Source: Myxococcota bacterium
Lineage (GTDB): Bacteria > Myxococcota_A > UBA796 > GCA-2862545
NCBI GenBank assembly: GCA_039208735.1
Contig: JBCCQY010000007.1
Location: 1 to 64,000 of the forward strand
Direction of reading: 5' to 3'
DNA length: 64,000 bases
Shown: in pieces, positions 49,867-57,957 of the stretch
Layout: the number at the start of each line of letters is the position of its first letter
Numbering within the stretch: position 1 is the first letter of the stretch
Translations under genes and position numbers: made by a program
Notes under the pieces: model-generated
Database searches by the model: none
Seen by the model: the letters and a program-made list of their open reading frames with translations, nothing else
Told to the model about the DNA's origin: nothing

Positions 49867-50466
49867 ATGCCGAAAGCGTTCAACGATGAAGAGAGAGTGC
49901 AGGTGAGACGTCGGCTTGCAGCGGCGGCGGCCGAACGCGTAGCCCAGGTCGGCTACCGGCGAACCACGATTGGCGAACTCGCGCGCACGGCGGGCATCTC
50001 AAAGGGTGCCTTCTACACCTTCTACGACAGCAAGGAAGCGCTGTTCATCGAGATCTTGAGAGACACCGAGACCGCCCTTCGGGCCGAGATGCAGGCCGCC
50101 GCGGACCGCGAGGGGGCTCCGCGCGAAATCCTGGCCGGTGTCTTCGAAGCCCTCCGCGCGGCGGTGGCGGACCACCCCTTGCTTCGCGTCCTGGCCCAGC
50201 CCGAAGAATCGGCCGCGCTGTTTCGTCACCTGCCTCCGGAGTTCCTCGAAGAGGCCCAAGCCGACGACGATCGGTGGTTCGCCGAGCTGTTTTCGGGGCT
50301 GGCCGCTCGCAAGATCGTCGATCCAGCGATGGTGCCGGTGCTCGTGGCGTTGCCGCGATTTTGGTTTGCTCTCGCCACGGGCCGTTCCTGGCTTGGCGAC
50401 GACTTTGGTCCCACGACGCGCCTCGTCGTGGACGCGCTTGCCCATCACCTTGGAGGTGACTCATGA
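49867..50466 (+). CDS. TetR-family regulator of the ABC exporter
   Basis: MPKAF.DEE; GYRRTTIGELARTAGISKGAFYTFYDSKEALF. Confidence 0.92.
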   Translation: MPKAFNDEERVQVRRRLAAAAAERVAQVGYRRTTIGELARTAGISKGAFYTFYDSKEALFIEILRDTETALRAEMQAAADREGAPREILAGVFEALRAAVADHPLLRVLAQPEESAALFRHLPPEFLEEAQADDDRWFAELFSGLAARKIVDPAMVPVLVALPRFWFALATGRSWLGDDFGPTTRLVVDALAHHLGGDS

Positions 50467-51305
50467 TCGAGGTGCGCGACTTGTGGTTTCGCTACCCCGG
50501 CGCCCCGCAAGACACCCTACGTGGACTTGGGTTTGCCGTGGGGCCCGGCGAGGTCTTTGGGCTTCTGGGGCCGTCCGGCACCGGAAAGAGCACCGTCGTT
50601 GGCGTGCTGACCGGGGCGCTGCATGGCTACCGAGGGACGGTTCGCATCCTCGGGGACGATGGCGCCGCAGACCGCGCCCGCCGATCGCGAATTGGCGTGG
50701 GATTCGAGGTACCAAGTCTCTATTCTCGACTCACCGCTCGAGAGAACCTCGACTTGTTTGCCGCGTTGCACGGCGTTCCTTTGCTCGACGTCGACGCGCG
50801 GCTCGCCCCCCTCGGTCTCGAAGACCATGCAGACCAACGGGTCGAAGCCTTCTCAAAGGGCATGAAGAGCCGACTCGACCTCTGCCGAGCCCTGCTTTCC
50901 GATCCCGATCTGTTGTTCGTCGACGAGCCCACGGCGGCACTCGACCCCGGCCACGCGAGAGTCGTTCGGGATCTCCGTCGCGCCTTCGCCGATCGTGGAG
51001 GCGCGGTCCTCCTCACCACCCATGACATGCAGGTCGCCGAAGCCATCTGCGATCGGGTGGGATTGCTCATTGATGGACGGTTTGCCGCCACGGGCCCGCC
51101 ACGCGCGCTGCGGGCCCGTTCGGAGCCGCCGACAATCCGCGTCGAAGCATCATCCGGCGCCATCCGTGAGGTCCCGCTCCTCGCGCTCGCCGACGATGAG
51201 GCGCTTCGCCAAGCGATTCGAGAGGGCCACGTCCGCTCTCTGCACACGTGCGAACCCACGCTCGAGGACGTTTTCGTCGAGCTAACCGGCCGAACGCTCA
51301 CATGA
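50463..51305 (+). CDS. ABC exporter ATP-binding subunit
   Basis: Walker A GPSGTGKS, signature FSKGM, Walker B LLFVDEPT, TTH. Confidence 0.93.
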   Translation: MIEVRDLWFRYPGAPQDTLRGLGFAVGPGEVFGLLGPSGTGKSTVVGVLTGALHGYRGTVRILGDDGAADRARRSRIGVGFEVPSLYSRLTARENLDLFAALHGVPLLDVDARLAPLGLEDHADQRVEAFSKGMKSRLDLCRALLSDPDLLFVDEPTAALDPGHARVVRDLRRAFADRGGAVLLTTHDMQVAEAICDRVGLLIDGRFAATGPPRALRARSEPPTIRVEASSGAIREVPLLALADDEALRQAIREGHVRSLHTCEPTLEDVFVELTGRTLT

Positions 51306-51988
51306 CGGCCCTGTTGTGGACCGAGCTTCGCCTGCTGACCCGCGGGGGCTTCTGGCTCGCCTATGCGGTGGTCGGCGCAGGTTACCTCGCCATCCTCCAT
51401 GCATTGCCCGCTTCCCTGGCCAAGGGGCTGCTGCCGGTGCTCGTGTTTTCGGATCCGGCGGTACTCGGGTTGTTCGTTGTTGGGTCGATGGTGCTTCTCG
51501 AGCGTCGTGAGGGCGCGCTGCAGGCCCTCGCCCATACGCCCACACCAGCCGCAACGTGGATCGGAGCCAAGGTCCTGGCGATCACGGGGTTGGCCAGCAT
51601 CGTGGCTGGAGTGGTCGCCGCAGGAAGCGGCCAACTGGTGCGACCCGATCTGCTCGTGCTGGCCGTCGTGCCCACCTCGATCCTGACGGTCTTGGTAGGC
51701 ATCGCCATCGTCAGCCGAACCAGTACCTTCAACCGGTTCATCGCTTGGGTCTCCCTCATCACCACTCCCCTGGCCCTGCCCGCCGTGGAACTCCTGCTGA
51801 ACGCCGAGTGGACGTGGATCCGATGGCTTCCCACCGGAGGAACCGCGGAACTGCTCCGAGGGGCCTTCGGCGCAAGCCTCTCGCCGGGGGTGGTCCTCCG
51901 CGACGTTGTCGGGCTCGTTGTGGCCTGCGTCGGGGCCGCATTCTGGGCGGACGCATGGACCCGTCGGTACCTTTGGAGGCGTGCATGA
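51302..51988 (+). CDS. ABC exporter permease (fluoroquinolone-export type, Rv2687c-like)
   Basis: FSDPAVLGLFVVGSMVLLERREG.L.AL..TP; ATGA-coupled. Confidence 0.82.
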   Translation: MTALLWTELRLLTRGGFWLAYAVVGAGYLAILHALPASLAKGLLPVLVFSDPAVLGLFVVGSMVLLERREGALQALAHTPTPAATWIGAKVLAITGLASIVAGVVAAGSGQLVRPDLLVLAVVPTSILTVLVGIAIVSRTSTFNRFIAWVSLITTPLALPAVELLLNAEWTWIRWLPTGGTAELLRGAFGASLSPGVVLRDVVGLVVACVGAAFWADAWTRRYLWRRA

Positions 51989-52677
51989 GCCCGTGGTTGG
52001 CCCTCGCACGGGCAGACCGTGTGAACGTCCTTCGCGACCCGATGTTGCTCGGCGCGAGCCTGGCCCCGTTGCCGTTGGGCGGCTTGGTCCGGTTCGGAGG
52101 ACCATGGCTGCACGAGGCCGCACCCGCAGTTGTCGATCCCACCGTCCTGGAGGCCATCGTAGGCAGCGCCTTGCTCGTGCTTCCGGCCCTTCTCGCAGGC
52201 ACCGTTCAGGGCTACCTCCTCCTCGAAGAACGCGATGAGCACGTCGAGGCCGCCATTCGCATGACCCCGCTTGGGACCGTAGGGCTCTGGCGATGGCGGC
52301 TGAGCACCAGCTTCGCCATGGGCCTCATCGGGGGGGGCGTGGCGTGGGGGATCGCAGGGCTGGCGATTCCGGCCACGTGGGGGCTCGGGCTCCTCGTCGG
52401 AGCCAGTCACGCTCCCCTCATCGCACTCATCCTCGCCACCTATGCGCGCGACAAAGTGCAGGGCCTGGCCCTCTCGAAGGTGACGTCGTTGGCCGCCGTG
52501 GCCCAGGTCGCCCTGTTGTTCCCCGAACCGTGGGCCTGGCTTGGCGCACCGTTTCCCGCATGGTGGTTGGCGCGTGGGCTCCGGCCCGACGCCGGTGCGA
52601 TGGTGGTAGCGGCCACGATCGTGGGCGCCTTTGCGTTTCACGGAGCTTACTTCAGTCGCTCGACCGCTCGCTCCTGA
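51985..52677 (+). CDS. ABC exporter permease (Rv2686c-like)
   Basis: RDPML, GYLLLEERDE....AIRMTP, ARDKVQGLALSK, PFPAWW; ATGA-coupled. Confidence 0.82.
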   Translation: MSPWLALARADRVNVLRDPMLLGASLAPLPLGGLVRFGGPWLHEAAPAVVDPTVLEAIVGSALLVLPALLAGTVQGYLLLEERDEHVEAAIRMTPLGTVGLWRWRLSTSFAMGLIGGGVAWGIAGLAIPATWGLGLLVGASHAPLIALILATYARDKVQGLALSKVTSLAAVAQVALLFPEPWAWLGAPFPAWWLARGLRPDAGAMVVAATIVGAFAFHGAYFSRSTARS

Positions 52678-52722
52678 CCCCGAGGGCCCATACCCTTCCC
52701 GTCTGGACACGGGGGTGCACAG

Positions 52723-55700
52723 ATGTGGGGGTGGGTCATCTTGAGCGTGGGGTGCCGGCCATCCGTTCCCCCGAATCCCGTACTTCCCGATGCCGCCTCC
52801 GTCCGTTCCGCCAAGCTCGTGCCGCAGCTTGGCCACCGCTCGAGAGTCACGCAGCTGCTGACATCCGGTCCGTACGTCATCACGACCGATCCCGAACCCG
52901 AAGTCTTGGTGTGGCATCTCGACGACGCGGTCTTGTTGCATCGCCTGCGGCTGCACACCGACACCGTCCGCGACCTGGCCCTGTCGCCCGACGGGCGGCT
53001 GCTCGCCACCGCGAGTGACGATGGGCAAGTCGGCGTCTGGAACCTCGACGATGGGACCATGCTCCAGGTGTTCGAGCACGAGAAGGCCGTCGAGACCGTG
53101 ATCTTCGGTGCGAGAGGCAAAACCGTGATCACGGGCGCGCACGATGGGGTGGCCCGCATCTTCGATGTCGCCCAAGGCCAGCTGGTTCGCGAGCTGCCAC
53201 ATCCGGGCTGGGTCTTCGTCGATCGATTGAACGATGGGCGGTTGGTTACATCCTCCATTAGCGAGGTCCGAATCTGGGCTTCCGACTTCAGCCGGACCGA
53301 CCTTCGCCTCGCGCCATCCGACACATTTCAATCCGCCACGGTTTCGGCAGACGGTTCTCGCATCGCCATTCAGCGGAAGTCGCAGGTGACGGTCCACGAC
53401 GCCTCCGGCCGGGTTCGCGGCACCCTCGACCACAACGCCGAGGTGACCCACCTCGCGTTCGGACCTGGCCGGCGCCTCCTCACCACAAGTCTCGACGGCA
53501 CGGCTCAGGTGTGGAACACCAACACGCTCAACCCCATCACGACCTACCGCGGCCACGAAGAAGAGGTCGATCGAGCTTATTTTTCCTCGGACGGGACGCG
53601 GGTCGCGTCGGTGGGGGGGGATTACCGGGCGCACATCTGGGACGCCGAAACGGGCGAAACCCAGGCCGTGTTCGGGGGCATCGACAATTCCCTTGGCGTT
53701 CCCTTGATCGTCCATCAGGTGACCCTGCGAGAGGCCGATGACACCTTGATCACAGGCCATGCCGACGGACAGCTCTGGGCGTGGGATCTTAGGACCCGCG
53801 AGCCGGTAGGGCGGCTGCGATCTCGCGTTGACTTGGCCATGAGCGTCGATGCGTCCCCTGACGGTCGGTACCTGGTCGCGGCCCATGGGCCCAAGGCCAC
53901 CCTGTTCGACCTGCGCTTTGGGCGGGAGCATGCGGTACTGGAGGGGCACCAATCCAACATCCAACAGGTGCGCTTTGCGCCAGATGGCGCCACCGTGTTC
54001 ACCGCGGCCTCGGACAGCGGCGCGGTGGCTTGGGATGCGGCCACCGGAGAAGCCCGTGCGGCCTTTGTCGGAGAGCACCAAGCGGGGCTTCGCGACTTGG
54101 CGGTGGCGCCCGATGGTGCCTCGATTGTCACCGCGGGTGAAGATGGCTTGGCCGTGTGGTGGGACGTCGCCACACAGAAGGCCAAACGTCGCCTTGAAGG
54201 CCATACGGGTGACATTTGGGCTGTCGCCATGGCACCGGATGGCCGACGGCTCGTCACCGGCGGAGAGCACGCGGAAGTCCGGCTGTGGAATTTGGACGAA
54301 ACGCAGCCTCCGCGCCTCGTGACGGTGCCCCATCGCACGAGCCGTCCGCCCACCGTGCTTACCGCCACATTCACCCCGGACGGCGCGGAAGTGCTGATTG
54401 GAACCATCTACCGAGAGATCCTACGCCTTGACGCAAACACAGGTGACATCCTCCAAACCGTGAAGCGAGAGGGTCCCGTTTCCACGCTGAGATTCACCTC
54501 CGATGGCCGGGATCTCATTGCCGGGAACTTTAACGGCGTGACCCAGCGCCTCGATCCCAAGACCCTCACCCCTCGGGAGTCGTTTGCGCGCCTCGATAGC
54601 TTCGTGCTCGATGCCCTCGCGTGGCCAGACGCTCCGTGGGTCGTCAGTGCGGGCATGGATGGCACGGTGCGGTTCTTCGAACGGGGCGCTTCAGAGGCGC
54701 AGGCGACGCTCTTGCTGGCCGGCGGCGGATTTGCCGTCATCGATCGCGACGGGCGATTCGATGCTGAGGAAGCCGAGCAGAACGCCTTGTGGGTGATCGA
54801 TGGGATGGGCTACGCCCTCGGTCAGCTGCGCGATGAGTTCTACGATCCAGGCTTGCTTGCCAAAGTCCTTCGCCAAACCGTCACACCACGGCGTACGGTG
54901 CCTGAACTTCGCGCCATCGCTCCCCCCGCCAAGGTCACCGTCGAAGGTCCTCGACCAGACGGTCGGGTGCGACTGACCGCGGAGGACCGAGGTGGCGGCG
55001 TGGGGGAGGTGTTTGCCACGCTGAACGACACCGATGTCTCCTCGGTGGTCCAAACGACCTGTGGCCAGTTCGATGTCCCCTGTGAGGTCGACCTATCCGA
55101 ACTCCCCACGTGGGCCGCCGGCCTCGAAAACACGTTTCGTGTGCAAATGAGCAACCTGGCTGGCTCCGTCCAATCCCGGGGCCTCCTCATCACCACCAAG
55201 GCCGCGGGCCGACCTCCCCGGGACCCGCCTGATCTCTGGGTATTGGCCGTTGGATCCAGCGACTACACCGGCACCCAACTCGACTTGGCCTACCCTGCCC
55301 TCGATGGGCATCAGATCGCATCGGCGCTCCGTTTGGCAGGACTTAGCGGGTTTGGGACAGAGCGAACTCATATTCGCGTACTCACTACGGACACGACACT
55401 GCCGCTCTTCCACGACACCCCAAGCCGGGACTCGCTCGACGAGGCATTCGCCTGGCTCCAACAGGCCGACGTACTCGATACCGTGGTTGTGTTCTTCGCG
55501 GGGCATGGCGTCGCCTGGTCCGATGAGCAGTCCGACGACTACTTCTTCCTTCTCCCCAGTGCCGCTTCGCTCGAAGACGTCCGAGACCCCAACCTTCGGC
55601 AACTTCGGACGTGGTCGGGAGACGACCTCGCCGTCGCCTTGAGTCGCGTGCCGGCACGAAAGCGCGTCGTCATCCTCGATACCTGTGCCGCCGGTAAACT

Positions 55701-56379
55701 CGATCAGTCGCTCACCGTGGAACGGATGTTGTCTTCAGACGCACTTCGCGCCCACGCACGGGCGCGTCATCGGACCGGGGCGTGGGTGCTCGCGGGCGCC
55801 GCCGCCGATCAGATCAGCTACGAAGCGTCGAGGTTTGGCCAAGGTCTCCTCACCTACAGCCTTCTCGAAGCGATGAAGGGCCCAGCCCTCGACGAGGGCG
55901 ATCAGCTCTGGGTCAGCCGTTGGTTTGCCAGAGCCGAAGCCCAAGTCCCGCGGTACGCCAAGGCGATTGGTGGCGTGCAACGTCCGGTGCTTCGGCGGGG
56001 GGCCGGCGACTTTCCGCTCGGCGAACTCCCGCCAAAGGACCGATCACGCATCGTCCTGGCCGCGGTGCAGCCCGTCGTCGTACGCACCGTTGTGGTGGGG
56101 CCCGGAGGACGACCGGATCGACGGGGCATCGCAACGGCGGTGGACCGAGTACTCCGTCGTCTGGCTCCTACCCACAACTTTGTGTGGTGGGACGTCGATG
56201 ACGCGCCGGACGCCACGAGGCTGAGTGGTCAATACAAGGAGGCGCGCGACGGTCTGACCTTCGAGGGGTTTGTGAGCCGTGGGGATCGCGAACAGGCCGT
56301 TGCCTTGGGCGCACCCGATCTCGACGTGTTGGCCCAGCGTCTCGCCGAACAGGTCCACGCCTTTCTTCAAGCCGAGTAG
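52723..56379 (+). CDS. Lipoprotein with WD40 repeats and C-terminal caspase (C14) domain
   Basis: Lipobox SVGC; more than ten GH..WD repeats; FFAGHG (His) and ILDTCAAG (Cys) intact; FGQGLLTYSLL. Confidence 0.9.
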   Translation: MWGWVILSVGCRPSVPPNPVLPDAASVRSAKLVPQLGHRSRVTQLLTSGPYVITTDPEPEVLVWHLDDAVLLHRLRLHTDTVRDLALSPDGRLLATASDDGQVGVWNLDDGTMLQVFEHEKAVETVIFGARGKTVITGAHDGVARIFDVAQGQLVRELPHPGWVFVDRLNDGRLVTSSISEVRIWASDFSRTDLRLAPSDTFQSATVSADGSRIAIQRKSQVTVHDASGRVRGTLDHNAEVTHLAFGPGRRLLTTSLDGTAQVWNTNTLNPITTYRGHEEEVDRAYFSSDGTRVASVGGDYRAHIWDAETGETQAVFGGIDNSLGVPLIVHQVTLREADDTLITGHADGQLWAWDLRTREPVGRLRSRVDLAMSVDASPDGRYLVAAHGPKATLFDLRFGREHAVLEGHQSNIQQVRFAPDGATVFTAASDSGAVAWDAATGEARAAFVGEHQAGLRDLAVAPDGASIVTAGEDGLAVWWDVATQKAKRRLEGHTGDIWAVAMAPDGRRLVTGGEHAEVRLWNLDETQPPRLVTVPHRTSRPPTVLTATFTPDGAEVLIGTIYREILRLDANTGDILQTVKREGPVSTLRFTSDGRDLIAGNFNGVTQRLDPKTLTPRESFARLDSFVLDALAWPDAPWVVSAGMDGTVRFFERGASEAQATLLLAGGGFAVIDRDGRFDAEEAEQNALWVIDGMGYALGQLRDEFYDPGLLAKVLRQTVTPRRTVPELRAIAPPAKVTVEGPRPDGRVRLTAEDRGGGVGEVFATLNDTDVSSVVQTTCGQFDVPCEVDLSELPTWAAGLENTFRVQMSNLAGSVQSRGLLITTKAAGRPPRDPPDLWVLAVGSSDYTGTQLDLAYPALDGHQIASALRLAGLSGFGTERTHIRVLTTDTTLPLFHDTPSRDSLDEAFAWLQQADVLDTVVVFFAGHGVAWSDEQSDDYFFLLPSAASLEDVRDPNLRQLRTWSGDDLAVALSRVPARKRVVILDTCAAGKLDQSLTVERMLSSDALRAHARARHRTGAWVLAGAAADQISYEASRFGQGLLTYSLLEAMKGPALDEGDQLWVSRWFARAEAQVPRYAKAIGGVQRPVLRRGAGDFPLGELPPKDRSRIVLAAVQPVVVRTVVVGPGGRPDRRGIATAVDRVLRRLAPTHNFVWWDVDDAPDATRLSGQYKEARDGLTFEGFVSRGDREQAVALGAPDLDVLAQRLAEQVHAFLQAE

Positions 56380-57147
56380 TCAGGCCTCGTCAACCGGTTC
56401 GGGACGGCCCACGACGAAGAAGGCGTAGCCAACCGCTTCGGGGTGGGCCCAAAAGGCATCGATCTCTGCTTGGGCTTCGTCGAGCACCGCCACCAGGGCC
56501 TCGTCGGCTCCAGGTCGAAGGTCGTGAATCCTCGACTGTAGGGGATCGTAGTACGGCCGCCACGCGGTTTCGGGGTCCAGCACGAACAGGTCATGCAGCA
56601 CGAGACCGGCTTGAGCCACCTGCTTGCGGCGCACCTCGATTGGCTGCAAGTCAGGGTAATCCGCCCATACCGCCGCGACTTGTGTCGGCAGGGGGTCGAC
56701 CAGCTTTACCGGTTCCGTCAAGGCGATGGCTCCGCCGTTCGTGAGCAGGGTCGGCCATTCGAGCATGGCCCGCTCAAAGCCGAAGAGGTAAGCCGATCCT
56801 TCTGCCCAGATCAGGTCGGCCGGATCGGTCACTGGCGGATCGCGTAGATCGCCTCGAACGGTCGAGATGCGGTCACGAAATCCTTCCGCTGCCGCTCGTG
56901 CGTCCAGCACATCAAGGAAGGGTTGGTGGAGGTCGACTGCGGTGATGCGGGCGCTTGGCAGGAGGCGGGCCAGATCCAGCGTCGGGGTGCCGGGTCCGCA
57001 GCCAAGGTCGAGGACGCGGGGTCGGTAGGGCAGGGCGGGAATCGAGAACAGTGCGCGGGCGGTACTCTCGGAGTCGCCCGGCCCCTCGCGGAGCAGGCCT
57101 CGATGAAGCCGGAAAAAGGGGTTTTCGTTCGGTTCCCGTTCGGTCAT
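56380..57147 (-). CDS. Class I SAM-dependent methyltransferase
   Basis: REGPG, VLDLGCGPG, AVDLH, DLIWAEGSAY. Confidence 0.9.
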   Translation of the reverse strand: MTEREPNENPFFRLHRGLLREGPGDSESTARALFSIPALPYRPRVLDLGCGPGTPTLDLARLLPSARITAVDLHQPFLDVLDARAAAEGFRDRISTVRGDLRDPPVTDPADLIWAEGSAYLFGFERAMLEWPTLLTNGGAIALTEPVKLVDPLPTQVAAVWADYPDLQPIEVRRKQVAQAGLVLHDLFVLDPETAWRPYYDPLQSRIHDLRPGADEALVAVLDEAQAEIDAFWAHPEAVGYAFFVVGRPEPVDEA

Positions 57148-57255
57148 GGTCGCCTTGTAACGTCGATCTACACGTCTTCTGCGCCTGTCACCTGACCGTT
57201 GCCCACCAAGCCCGAGCGTTCCCGCCGAAGCGACAAAACCAGCCGGCCATTTCGC

Positions 57256-57374
57256 TCCCCCCTCCCCCCAAGCGAAGCGCCAGCGGTCCGCCGGAGCGCA
57301 GCGACGCCGGACGAGCTGACGGCGTCGAGCGGAGCGAGAGGAGGAGGCCGAGCTGAGCGCGGAGCGCTTAGGGG
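57256..57374. repeat. Structured intergenic palindromic element with four GCGNAGC mini-hairpin motifs
   Basis: GCGAAGC 57272, GCGCAGC 57296, GCGGAGC 57329 and 57359; central GACGCCG/CGGCGTC stem; outer CCCC..AAGCG/CGCTT.GGGG arms. Confidence 0.6.
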
Positions 57375-57416
57375 TAATGTTGCGGATGCCACCTCGCCCC
57401 CGCTAATCTGACCGGC

Positions 57417-57896
57417 ATGTCACGGCTCGCGCGCGGGAGAGGGCCGGTCTGGAGAGGGTTGGTGGCAGACACCGATAGTGATGGTCGGCGACCTGTCGAG
57501 ACGCCGCAAGGAACGGCCTATCTCGAGATTGGCGCCGATGGCAGCGTACATATTCAAGGCCCCCCAGAGGCGGTTCGATACATCAACGACCACCTTCAGC
57601 GGGCCATCGCCCAAGCTCGGGGTGACCGACGCCCGCGCAGACGCGTGTTGACCGGTCGGGTCATCAAGAACAAGATGACCAAGACCGTCGTGGTGCAGGT
57701 CACCCGTCGGGTTCGACATCGGCGCTACGGCAAGTACGTCGAACGACGTAAGACCTACATGGCCCACGACGAACACGAGGAATGCAAGGTCGACGACGTC
57801 GTCGTGATCCAAGAGTGCCGGCCTCTGTCGCGGCACAAACGGCACCGTGTCGTGTCGATCTACTCGCAGGAGCGCGGGATGGCAGGGCGTCCTTGA
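57417..57896 (+). CDS. rpsQ: Ribosomal protein S17 (uS17) homologue with N-terminal extension, outside the S10 operon
   Basis: RVLTGRVIKNKMTKTVVVQV.R...H..YGKYV.R.K.YMAHDE...CKV.D.V.IQECRPLSRHKR; start may be GTG 57462 after GGAGAGG. Confidence 0.85.
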   Translation: MSRLARGRGPVWRGLVADTDSDGRRPVETPQGTAYLEIGADGSVHIQGPPEAVRYINDHLQRAIAQARGDRRPRRRVLTGRVIKNKMTKTVVVQVTRRVRHRRYGKYVERRKTYMAHDEHEECKVDDVVVIQECRPLSRHKRHRVVSIYSQERGMAGRP

Positions 57897-57957
57897 CCGC
57901 AAACGCGCTGGCTTAACGAGTCGCCGCGCTGGCTCACAGCTGCGAAGGAGGCACTTG

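Noticed and set aside
51382..54333. 983-aa minus-strand ORF
   Set aside because: Antisense to the ABC permeases and WD40-caspase; its periodicity only mirrors the WD40 repeats
57417..57896. Part of the S10 ribosomal operon
   Set aside because: No rpmC, rplP or rplN on either side
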